Shown here piece after piece: positions 1 to 10,574 of a stretch of 25,313 nt of DNA. The DNA is from Octopus sinensis (Eukaryota): the NCBI RefSeq assembly GCF_006345805.1, contig NW_021836067.1:1-25313 (forward strand). Direction: 5' to 3'. The notes under the pieces were generated by a model. The model ran no database searches and was not told the origin of the DNA. It saw only the letters and a list, made by a program, of their open reading frames with translations. The translations under genes were made by a program, and so were the position numbers. Each line of letters starts with the position of its first letter. Position 1 is the first letter of the stretch.

Positions 1-35
1 TTTATACATACATATATACATACATACATATATAC

Positions 36-66
<31 letters not shown>

Positions 67-72
67 TCTTAT

Positions 73-151
<79 letters not shown>
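1..151. repeat. (TA)n/(TACA)n microsatellite
   Basis: Directly visible. Confidence 0.95.
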
Positions 152-153
<2 letters not shown>

Positions 154-469
154 CAGGTGCTTGAAGGTGTCTAAATTATCGAACGTAGAAATATGTTGGT
201 TGAAAACAATGGTTTGTATGAAAATATACGTTTACGGTTATTGGGTTAGATACAATTTGGTAGTTTGAGTTCATATCGCAGCATATAATGTCTGAATGCA
301 TAACGCAGTACACGTGGATTTATATTGTGTTGTTGTTGTTTTTGATTTTGTTGTTGTTGCTGCTGTTATTGTTTTGCCCTTAGCTGCATAGGTTCGAGGG
401 GTAACGTGGAAAATATTTCCGCTAATAACTGGAAAGATTCAAGAAACAATATCTTAGAAACACAAAGAC

Positions 470-598
470 ACACACAGAAACACACACAGACACGCACACA
501 TACACACACTCACGCACATATATATATACATATATATATACACACAAATTTTTGTACATGTTTGTATATACATAAATATACAAATGTACAGAAATGCA

Positions 599-672
<74 letters not shown>

Positions 673-700
673 GCACAGACAGAGTGAGAGAGAGAAAGGG
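470..700. repeat. Compound (CA)n/(TA)n/(GA)n microsatellite
   Basis: Directly visible. Confidence 0.95.
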
Positions 701-847
701 AAAGTGAGAGGGAGTCCGTGAAGTCATTGATGGGTTTCAAATTTTAATAACTTCCTTAACTTTACAAATAAATTCATGAAATTTTGATACGATATAAAGG
801 ACACAGTGGAAATTAATATGTATAAGTCAAATTTTGCAACGCAACTA

Positions 848-1176
848 AAAGATTCCGCCGGTTACGACGACGAGGGTCCCAGCTGATACGATCAACGGAA
901 CAGCTTGCTCGTGAAATTAACGTAACGTGCAAATGGCTGAGCATTCCACAGATACGTGTACCCTTAACGTAGTTCTCGGGGATAATCAGCGTGACACAGA
1001 GAGTGACAAGGCTGACCCTTTGAAATACAAGTACAACTCATTTTTGCCAGCTGAGTGGACTGGAGCAACGTGAAATAAAGTGTCTTGCTCAAGGACACAA
1101 CGCGTCGCCGGGAATCGAACTCACAACCTTACGATCATGAGCCGAATGCCCTAACCACTAATCCACGCGCCCTCAC
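848..1176 (-). mobile_element. Full-length tRNA-derived SINE (group B, head type 1) with 14-bp target-site duplication
   Basis: Minus strand begins GTGAGGGCGCGTGGATTAGTGGTTAGGGC (A-box-like) and GAGTTCGATTCCC (B-box-like). A central block TGTGTCCTTGAGCAAGACACTTT...CTCCAGTCCACTCAGCTGGC follows, then a tail ending CGTCGTCGTAACCGGCGGAATC. Identical TTGCAACGCAACTA lies at 834-847 and 1177-1190. Confidence 0.9.
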
Positions 1177-1286
1177 TTGCAACGCAACTACATCATATAT
1201 GAAAAACGACAACGCTTAAATGGCTGCAAAATTTCCAGGACTTTTTATTGCCTGACAGACTTTTGCGTTCACACTTGACTCATTTA

Positions 1287-1490
1287 CCAGCTGTAGTGTT
1301 GCAGGAGCTGTGGTAGGCAGCTTGTACCTGGTTGAAATCCATGCTGGGTGTTAGTCAGCAAGTCATTTTCTTCAAGGAACGGGATGTGTTTCATGCGGGT
1401 TATTCGTCCGATGACTGTTGATGTGTGAGGTCAGACAGATAGGCCTATAATTTTTAGCATCTTCTCTGCTTCCTTCCTTATCTATAGAGC
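1287..1490 (-). mobile_element. Degenerate non-LTR retrotransposon reverse transcriptase fragment (CR1/L2/Jockey-type)
   Basis: Minus translation gives KEGSREDAKNYRPICLTSHI, then after a frameshift FLEENDLLTNTQHGFQPGTSCLPQLLQHY. These match the NYRPISLTS and QHGFR.GRSC motifs at the start of LINE RT domains. Confidence 0.85.
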
Positions 1491-1498
1491 ATATACTT

Positions 1499-1537
<39 letters not shown>

Positions 1538-1543
<6 letters not shown>

Positions 1544-1937
1544 TTGTCTCAGTCATTTGACTGCGGCTATGCTGGAGCACCACATTTAGTCGAGCAAATC
1601 GACCCCAGGACTTATTCTTCGTAAGCGTGGTACTTATTCTATCGGTCTCTTTTGCCGAACCGCTAAGTTACGGGGACGTAAACACACCAGCATCGGTTGT
1701 CTAGCGATATTGGGGGTACAAACACACACACACAAACACACACACACGCACATATATATATAGATACATATATACGACGGCTTCTTTCAGTTTCCGTCTA
1801 CCAAATCCACTCACAAGGCATTGGTCGGCCCGGGGCTATAGTAGAAGACACTTGCCCAAAGTGCCACGCAGTGGGACTGAACCCGGAACCATGTGGATGA
1901 AAAGCAAGCTACTTACCACACAGCCACTCCTGCGCCT
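1538..1937 (-). mobile_element. Full-length tRNA-headed SINE (group A)
   Basis: Minus: AGGCGCAGGAGTGGCTGTGTGGTAAG...GGTTCAGTCCCAC head, internal (TA)/(TG) tract, and tail GACTGAGACAAGTAAAA running into (GA)n. Colinear with the copy at 20104-20512. Confidence 0.88.
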
Positions 1938-2061
1938 AGTCTGTCACACTTTCTCGCTCGCTTTCTGTCCCGCCCCCTCTGCCAACGAATTTTGAGCGCG
2001 GAATTGCGAATGAAAAGAGTAAACTTTGGGTCTCACTTACTCAGGGAGCGTCAAAGACAAT

Positions 2062-2372
2062 CACGGGTATTCTATCAGCCTGTTTTACACTTGTTGGATG
2101 AATTACGACGTGCAGACGCAGTGAGAACGTCTCGTGTGTGTCTTCCTGCTGACTATGGCTTCGTAGTCTCCGCTGCAGCTTTCCACATCACGTCTTACAG
2201 TTTTTCCCTTGTTCACAGAACATTGAGCAGCATTCATAACGTTGGCATTTAGATACCCAGCACGAAGCATGACAATGGTAATCCTTTTCCGATATTCATA
2301 TGGCTTCCAGTCTTTCATGTTATCTAACATTTTCTCAATTACAGCTCGAATCATTATGCTCTGCATCGCCAT
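2062..2372 (-). mobile_element. Tc1/mariner-superfamily transposase N-terminal (HTH-region) remnant with in-frame stops
   Basis: ORF 2103-2372 reads KRITIVMLRAGYLNANVMNAAQCSVNKGKTVRRDVESCSGDYEAIVSRKTHTRRSHCVCTS and continues in frame as *FIQQV*NRLIEYP*. It resembles the N-terminus of invertebrate mariner-like transposases (recognised from memory). No catalytic DD(D/E) region or paired TIRs were found. Confidence 0.65.
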
Positions 2373-2561
2373 TGACTATTCACCAACATACGTAGCTGTT
2401 TCTGAAAAAAGGTGACAAAATATTTAGAATGTCAGCTGGACCACTCAATTTTATTTATATATTTATGCCCGTGTGAATAAAGGCACAGTTCAAGATAGGG
2501 GTATTACATTATAAAGCCAATCTAAAAATGTCCCTCTTTAATGTATGTATTTCAGTGAGTA

Positions 2562-2666
2562 CTTTTCTGCACCACAGAAAAGTACAACATGATCAACCCA
2601 AAACACACACTGAACATAGGAACTGAAATCATTTCACACTGCAGACACCAAAACAAATTCATCTTC
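2562..2666 (+). mobile_element. Penelope-like element GIY-YIG endonuclease C-terminal remnant
   Basis: Plus frame from 2562 reads LFCTTEKYNMINPKHTLNIGTEIISHCRHQNKFIF. This resembles the LC..EK...LN.RSE.IS.CRH.NKF ending typical of Neptune-type Penelope ORFs. Confidence 0.65.
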
Positions 2667-3419
2667 AAAACTGGCCCGAAATATGAAACTGAAGACCAGC
2701 GCTTAACATTCTGGTGGCCATAGTGAAAATTGGAGAGACTAACGGAGCAGTTTTTCTGGGGAGACCTTGCGTGGAAATTGTGCTGCATCCGTTATTAGTG
2801 GTCACTAGTTTAGGTGAAATGAATTGTATCAATGACGGACTACAGTTTAGTGAAGAGAATAAAGGAATTTTTCGGAGCGAAACGAAAATCGTTTAATGTC
2901 ATTTTTCTAGTTTTTAAGAAATGGAAAACATTTTTTAACGAGTAACAAAATATCCTGTGTGCAGATACAAAAGGAAGACGTTGGTAAAAATTCTATGAGA
3001 ATCGAACTCTCAACCTTCATTTGTCTCACAGCTTTATTCTGTAGCATTATTATTGAAAGTGTTATAGTCATGTGTACGTAAGAGTACTAGCAACAGTGAT
3101 AAATAGAAATATATATATATAGGGAAAGAGAGAACGAGAGAGAGAACAAGGGAGAGAGAGAAAGAGCATATATGGGAAATAACGCACGATTTATATTAAC
3201 CATATATAAGCCGTTGTCTCTACCATGTACCCATATATGCAGGCAGACACATGGACACCAACATGAATTCGAATATATGTATGGAGTCTGTTATGACACA
3301 AAAATCCCCCTATATACACAAGTTAGAAACTAATTCGTTATATATTATTCCATCAATCAACGTCCACACACCCTGTATCTCCCTCCTACTTCCACTTTCT
3401 CCCACCCTTTCTCTCTCGC

Positions 3420-3447
3420 ATATATGTATATGTATATATATATATAC

Positions 3448-3492
<45 letters not shown>

Positions 3493-3697
3493 AGAGTAAA
3501 AAGAGTAATACATGTATATATATATGTATAAGGATATATATATATACATTATATATATATAGGTATTATATATATATCCATATATATATACATATATGTA
3601 TGCATATTATATTATATTATATATATGTATATGCATAGGCACAATAATGTATATACGTATATAATACACACACACACACATACACACACACACACAT

Positions 3698-3747
<50 letters not shown>

Positions 3748-4180
3748 GTGTGTGTGTCTCGATTTCTATCTCTGCCTGGCTGTCTATTTGTCTCTCTCTC
3801 CCCCTCTCTCTCCCGCATACACTCTATCTCTCTATACCACGCACACATACACACAGACACGCTCATATATACATATAAATTTATGTATGTATGTACGTAT
3901 GTATGTATGTCTGTATGTATGTATGTATGTATGTATGTATGTATGTATAGTATGTATGTATGTATATGTATGTAGTATGTATGTATAATGTATGTATGTA
4001 TATATGTACGTAAGTATAAAGTATGTATGTATGTATGTATGTATGTATGTATGTATGTATGTATATATGTATGTATGTATATATGTACGTACGTATGTAT
4101 GTATGTATGTATGTATGTATGTATGTATGTATGTATGTATATATGTATGTATGTATATATGTATGTATGTATGTATATAT
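3420..4180. repeat. Compound (TA)n/(CA)n/(CT)n tract then long (TATG)n (3881-4180)
   Basis: Directly visible; source of the MYVC/HTYI ORFs. Confidence 0.95.
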
Positions 4181-4489
4181 GTTCTGTCTATGCATTAGTT
4201 CCGTTTCAAACAGTGGAATTGGACGCACACTCAAAGTTGTGTCTGCGTTCATTGATATGAGAAAATAGGAATCGGTTATTGTGGTGAGAGAAAGAAAGAA
4301 AAAGAAGAGAATATCGCCACTGGCTATATATAATACCATAACCCCGCTTTTTATCCTAATATATTATCACTATATACACACCCGTACCCAGATATACCAA
4401 ACTATGTATAGATGTGCGTGTATTTATGTAAGCCTGCATATACAACCATATGTATGTCCGCTTGCATATATTTTGTGTATGTATCGATA

Positions 4490-4580
4490 TCTATTATGTA
4501 TATACATATATATGTGTGTGTATGTGCATATGTGTATATATATATATGTGTGTGTGTGTGTGTATGTATATATAGGTATG

Positions 4581-4621
<41 letters not shown>

Positions 4622-4940
4622 TTATGTGTAGGTATGTATATATATATATTTTCGTGTATATAATTATCTGTATCCACATATACGCACAAACGCACTGATA
4701 TGCAGATACTTAAATACATACATATATGTATATTATATACATATATATACATATATACATATTCGTGTATATATATAAATATATATATATATACTATATA
4801 TATATATATATATACATGCAAACATATACATATAGATATACATACACATATACGTATGTAATTATTTACATGCATATATATATCCATGTTTGTTATGTAT
4901 ATGTCTAAATGTATATATAAAAATATATATATATATATGT
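4490..4940. repeat. Degenerate (TA)n/(TG)n/(CA)n microsatellite
   Basis: Directly visible. Confidence 0.9.
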
Positions 4941-5729
4941 CTATTTGTAATGTATTCCTAACGTTTGCCAGGGATAGCACTGCAGCAGTAGCAGCCGAAA
5001 CGTCCAAAGTTATGTGGCCGTTACGTCGATATGTCAAGTTAGATCTTTATCACGAGAGTAGGACGATTCAATTATAGATGTAATATGCAAATCTGCACAC
5101 AGTCAAACTGCATTTCACGCTAGCATTAGTAGAGAGTAGCCAGCACTTGGTGAAAGTATTAATAATACATTTTCTTTTCCTAGCCTCGGTAGAAATGTAA
5201 CAAATGTTATCGCAAATGATCTAAAATATACGTTTTATTTAAGTGGTATGTAATATATTTAGTACAGGAGTGTTGTACTAAATATATAATAATATCCTAT
5301 ATTTTGGGCATAACTTTAAACTGCATCCGGTAGTGTGTCACTGGTTTGGAGATTTTATAAGCTTGAGGGGTGGGAGACAACTTTTTACCACTGCTGTTCC
5401 CTAGTTTGTTGTGACTCGGAGTAGCATCATCTCTGAAACTTGCAGCTATTGGTTAAATAGCGTGTAACCACTTTAGGTACTGGTATGATGAAATCACGGG
5501 CTTCAGTTTAGCGGAGGTGAACTATTTCTACAAGAGAGTTTATTGAATGTTACCCTATGTTGAGTACATAAACAGGCAACAAACTGCCAAAGACCAGGGT
5601 CAAGCAGTTAATTTTTATGAACTGATGTTATTATTTAGAGCCATGGCATGCGCAGTTGTGGTATTTCATTTAGTAAACGACCAATGTGACTAAAACCCAA
5701 ACAAGTCGTTCATGCCCCATCGCTCAATC

Positions 5730-5990
5730 GGGGATGTAAATAAGCCAACACCATTTGTCAAGTGGTGGTTGGCCGGCAAACACAGACATAAAGACACATC
5801 CACATAGATACATACGCATATATGCGGCGGGCTTCTTTCAGTTTCCGTCTACCAAATCCACTCACAAGGCTTTGGTTTGTCTGAGGCTATAGTAGAAGAC
5901 ACTTGCCTAAAGTTCCATGCAGTGGGACTGAACCCGGAACCATGTGGTAGGAGAGCAAGCTTCTTTACCAGAATGTCACACATGCGCCTA
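5730..5990 (-). mobile_element. 3'-truncated group A SINE
   Basis: Shares CTTCTTTCAGTTTCCGTCTACCAAATCCACTCACAAGGC and GGCTATAGTAGAAGACACTTGCC with 1538-1937. Confidence 0.85.
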
Positions 5991-6683
5991 CGCCAAGCAT
6001 TTCGTCCGGCATGCCTCTGATCCTACCAGTTCACTGATGTATATTTGTAATTGCTTAATCAGAGGTAATAAATAAGCAGATTCCATATAATTCAACTCTT
6101 GAGAGATCTGAGAAAACGAAGAGCTATTTGTGTCTCAGATAAAGGAATTTCTTTACGGTTGCATTGATTCAATATCGCTCGTTATAATATTTTCTGTTCG
6201 GTTCGGTTGACTTTCAATAGAACCACATGGAACCACCTCTCAGCCATTCACTGTTTCCAGCTCTGCTCTAATTTGGAGGAGGAAAACATGTTAGGATCAC
6301 AACTATGGGTTAATTAGCATATCATGGAAATGACTCTAGAAAAAATGTTCCTCACAAAAGATCCCATTAGACACAGGATAGAGGCAACTATTCAGGTCTT
6401 TGCCCGCTTATAGAAAAGAAGGTGTTTTGAGACGAATCATGCTTCCTGATAATTACTGAGATCGAAGCACTTCTTGTACAAGATCAATGTGAGTTTCAAT
6501 GTGATTTTCTATTATATAAATATATCTCGAGTATAACCAGCCGAGATTGCAAAGATAATCTGGAACTCGTATAAGGAAAGAAAACTCCGAGTGAACCGTC
6601 CTTCTTTTCTTTGTATCGTTTATCTCGATGTTTTGTTGCCCCTTTTTTGTATCACCTGTCTGGATGTTTTCCTTTTTTGTCCC

Positions 6684-6693
6684 ATTTTGTATC

Positions 6694-6762
<69 letters not shown>

Positions 6763-6876
6763 GTTTATATATATGTATATATATATATATATGTATATAT
6801 ATGTACATATATATATATGTATATATGTATATATATATATATATATATATAGTGGCGTATGTACACTTTGGTCCCC

Positions 6877-6967
<91 letters not shown>
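6684..6967. repeat. (TA)n with internal (CT)n
   Basis: Directly visible. Confidence 0.95.
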
Positions 6968-6969
<2 letters not shown>

Positions 6970-7031
6970 GATTGAAACCGGAACGAGGTGGGTGGAAAGC
7001 AAACATCTAACCACAGAGCTATGCCCCTGCC
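6968..7031 (-). mobile_element. Diverged group A-like SINE head only
   Basis: Minus AGGCAGGGGCATAGCTCTGTGGTTAGATGTTTGCTTTCCACCCACCTCGTTCCGGTTTCAATCCG aligns loosely with the group A head. Confidence 0.55.
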
Positions 7032-7479
7032 TATATGTACGTATCCACACAGGTACCATTATAATATAAAATAAGTATTAATCTCTATATATACTTAAGA
7101 TCAATAATACCGTATTATCCGCCATTTGCCAGATCTTTAAACATGTCTTAACGTTATGTAGATTTCCATTAGATTTTGACACATCATGTCGCATGTTGGC
7201 AGCTCCTTACATAATATTCTATAGATGGTATGGTTCTTTGTGAATTCCTGAAAACAAGACAGACAGAATGACATTTCTAGCTCCAATTTTATATACTACG
7301 TAATATAATTTTACTATTAGACAGACAGGAATAATTCCTATTTGCAGAGCTTGAAGACTATTTAGTATTTATTATTCTATAAATATACTTTACGTTATAA
7401 CTAGGCAGACATATGAATGAAGAGATATATGCCATGTTTGTTTGGTACGTAAAATACATGTTTAATATGTATATGCATG

Positions 7480-7494
7480 TGTGTATATATATAT

Positions 7495-7526
<32 letters not shown>

Positions 7527-7745
7527 ATATATATATACATATATATATATATATATGTATATATATATGTATATTATATATATATATATATTGTGTGTGT
7601 GTGTGTGTGTACGATATATCTAGGTATGTGTGTATGTATAGACACATATATATAAGTATACACACACACACACGCACATATATATATATATATATATATA
7701 CATATACTTGCGCTATATGCATATATGCACATATATACATATGCA
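7480..7745. repeat. (TA)n/(TG)n/(CA)n microsatellite
   Basis: Directly visible. Confidence 0.95.
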
Positions 7746-8035
7746 TTAGTTTGAGTACATATGAGCTTATGTTCCTCTCTCTCTGTATGTTTGTGTGTGC
7801 ATATGTGTTTGTGTCTATCTGTCTGTGTCTGTATTTGTGCGTGTGTTGGTCTGTTTTAGAAAAGAAAAAAACTATACATGATTGCAAAAGAACATATTTT
7901 AGCTTCCATATGGAACAATTATATATTAAATACATGTTTCGCATGTACGTCTTTGAGGTATCAATTACGTTACAGAATTAATACAGTTATATCTGTCAGA
8001 CGCCAAACTTTCCTATATACAAGTATATATACATA

Positions 8036-8073
<38 letters not shown>

Positions 8074-8204
8074 CTTTCTCTCCACAAATATATAATTAAT
8101 CCCCCCGCCAAAAAAACACGAACTAAGAGCACATGGCAAAACAACGATACGACAACGTGGTAATGCAAAGAATTCGCAGAAGCTCGAGGAAGGAAAGATA
8201 AGGA

Positions 8205-8239
8205 GTTTTACGTTTCGAGCACAGCTCTTCGTCAGAAAC
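8205..8239 (-). ncRNA. Minimal type-I hammerhead ribozyme motif, intact core
   Basis: Minus: GUUU-CUGACGA-A-GAGC(UGU)GCUC-GAAA-CG-UA-AAAC. Stem I 4 bp, stem II 4 bp, palindromic ACGU in place of stem III. Confidence 0.7.
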
Positions 8240-8301
8240 GGGAGACAGAAGAATGTCCAAGAGAAAACGAAAGACGAAGGAAAACAATCATCAACGATCC
8301 A

Positions 8302-8532
8302 CAGTAATCCATCCCCGTATCGCGTTTCACCTATCGCGTAATCAGTTCATCGCGGTTCACCTATCGCGCATCTGTACATCGAGGTTCATCTATCCCGCAC
8401 TCAGTACATCACGGATTTTTCTGGCTAATTTATGTAAACGTATATCGCGGGTTTATATCTTTTCTTAATATTTTAATTATTTCCCTAGGGCAGTTTTGGA
8501 ACGTAGCACCCGCGAAGGATAGTCGAAGGATT
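8302..8532. mobile_element. pogo/Tigger-like MITE remnant with subterminal tandem repeats
   Basis: Left end CAGTAATCCATCCCCGTATCGCG; degenerate right end CGCG..TAGTCGAAGGATT is an imperfect inverted match. Three 29-30 bp internal units start at 8319, 8349 and 8378 (ATCGCGGTTCACCTATCGCG...). (ATTGATAG)x4 at 8530-8561 replaces the last TIR bases. Confidence 0.55.
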
Positions 8533-9020
8533 GATAGATTGATAGATTGATAGATTGATAGAAGGTAGGCATAGAGAATGGGTTTGGGTTACTGCAAGTT
8601 GTTTGTTAGTCTTTTTTTACATAAGTTATTTCTATGGTAACGTAATTTTTGGTTTGATTTTTTAACGGCTAAGAATTTAATTTCACTTCATAATTTGACA
8701 CTGAATTGTAAGTATGTATTTTATTTACTTTATGTCATATTGTTATTTTTGATATTCTGGTTAATTACGATGTATTTAATGTTGTTTTCATAGGAGTGTT
8801 TATGTATATGAGTGTGTGCGAGTTTTTAGTTGTATAATTTATTTATCTGTATGAGTGTGGGTGTGTAAATATTTGTATATATTGAGTTTAGTGAGTATGT
8901 ATATGCGTATATGTGAGGGAGTATATGTATCTGTTGTGTGTGTGTGTTTTGCGTGTGTGTGGTTTGTGTGTGAATGTGTATATGGGTTTGTTATTTAGGT
9001 TTTGGGATGTATGAGTTAAT

Positions 9021-10086
9021 TTGTCTGTGTGGGAGGGAGTGGGTTTTGGTGTATATGGAGGTTTATAAGTTAGTTTAGGTATGGTATAAGTCGTGGGTCT
9101 GTGGTTTACGTGTGTGTTTGTGTGTGAATGTTTAGGTTAGGGGGATTACTATATAGGTTTGTTATAGAGTTTAGCAAAGGGAGATTTTATCGTTATATGT
9201 TTTTTAAGAGTTTTGGTTTATCATGTTTTTTTAGGGAATTCGTAGTAATTTGTCTATTTCGATGTTGGTTGTTTTATTATATGTTTCATCCATAATTTTT
9301 GAGTGGTGTTCGTTTTGCCACGTGAATTTTATTTTTAATTCCATTTATTCCATTTCTCCATTCATTAATTTAGAGATGTTCGTTTCCAGAGCGGTTATAC
9401 TTTTTATATATATGTTAAGTTCCTTGGTAAAGTAATTTTGTTTGGTGTATATGTTGAGGCTTATATGTACTTGTGGGTGTGTGTGAGTGGGGTGGGAGTT
9501 TGTATTTGTTATGGGGTGTGTGTTTACGAGTGGTTTTGTGTGTGAATGTATAGGTTAAAGGAATTGCTATATAAGTATGTTTTAGTGTTTAGTAAAGGGA
9601 GGTTTTATCATTTCTGTTTTGTGAGTTTTAGCTTATCATGGTAGTTTTATAAAAGAATCCATTCATAATTTTGTGTTTATTTGTCTGTGTGGGGTTGAGT
9701 GGGTTTTTGGAGTATATGTTGAGGTTTATATGTATGTATTGGTATGTGTAAGTGGTGTGGGTATTTGTATATGTCGTGGGTGTGTGGTTTACGTGTGTGT
9801 ATTTGTGTGTGAATGTTTAGGTTAGGGGGATTGCTATATAGGTTTGTTATAGAGTTTAGTAAAGGGAGATTTTATCATTATATGTTTTTATGAGTTTTGG
9901 TTATCATGGTAGGTTTGATAAGGAATTTGTAGTAATTTGTGTCTATTTGCGATGTCTGTTGTTTTATTGCATTGTTTCATTCATAATTTTTAAGTAGTGT
10001 TCGTTTTACCAAGTGAATATAATTTTTAATTCCATTTATTCCATTTCTCCGTTCATAGTTTTGAGTGATGTCCGTTTTCTAGAGCG
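9021..10086. repeat. Three diverged direct repeats (9021-9393, partial 9443-9652, 9681-10086)
   Basis: Shared strings TTGTCTGTGTGGG, GTGTGAATGTTTAGGTTAGGGGGATT and TTTAATTCCATTTATTCCATTTCTCC recur in the first and third units. The middle unit shares GTGTGAATG...AGTAAAGGGAG...TTATCATGGTAG. Confidence 0.85.
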
Positions 10087-10531
10087 TGAATGTGGGTTGT
10101 ATGTGTGTGTGTGTGGGAGTATGAATAAGTATTGTGTTGAAGTATTTAGCTATTTTATTTTATTTATAGTTGCCTAGACATTTTTATGTGTATGTATAGG
10201 GATATATATATATAGGTGTGTGATTTAGTGTATGTAGTTAGATATGGTTATATATAATTAGGTATATGCGTATGGGTGTATATATAGTTTATTATTATAT
10301 TATTATTATTTTTTTTGTTTTGTTTTATATTTTATATTTTATATTTTATATTTTATATTTTATATTTAATTGTTGATAGGTTTTTTAGTTTATATATTGT
10401 TTATATATTGATTATATATGGATTATAGATAGGTATATATGGATTTATACTTATATTTTTTCATTCATACTTTAATTATTTTAAAATTATTATTTTTATA
10501 TTTTAAAATATTGATTTTTTAGATTGGAAGT

Positions 10532-10574
10532 CCACCTGAAGATTGTCGATCAAGACAAGAAACGATTGTAGTGG
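10532..10574 (+). ncRNA. Minimal type-I hammerhead ribozyme motif, intact core
   Basis: CCAC-CUGAAGA-UUGUC(GAUCAA)GACAA-GAAA-C(GAUU)G-UA-GUGG. Stem I 4 bp, perfect 5-bp stem II, predicted cleavage after A10570. Confidence 0.8.

Noticed and set aside
1085-1176. tRNA gene calls for the SINE heads (also 17270-17337, 19675-19750, 22913-22975)
   Set aside because: A/B-box-like motifs are present, but there is no complete cloverleaf or acceptor stem and each runs directly into a SINE body.
1893-2252. 119-aa plus-strand ORF
   Set aside because: Antisense shadow of the mariner remnant plus the end of a SINE; no independent coding signal.
4978-5008. Hammerhead-like CTGCAGCAG...CCGAAACGTC
   Set aside because: Two core mismatches, and neither stem I nor stem II pairs convincingly; at best a decayed relic.
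8319-8407. Regularly spaced 29-30 bp repeats as a CRISPR-like array
   Set aside because: The units are contiguous, without unique spacers, lie inside a MITE, and the context is eukaryotic.
8562-10500. NUMT explanation for the T/G-rich tract
   Set aside because: The skew resembles mitochondrial DNA, but no mitochondrial protein, tRNA or rRNA was recognisable, and the tract has microsatellites and internal repeats.
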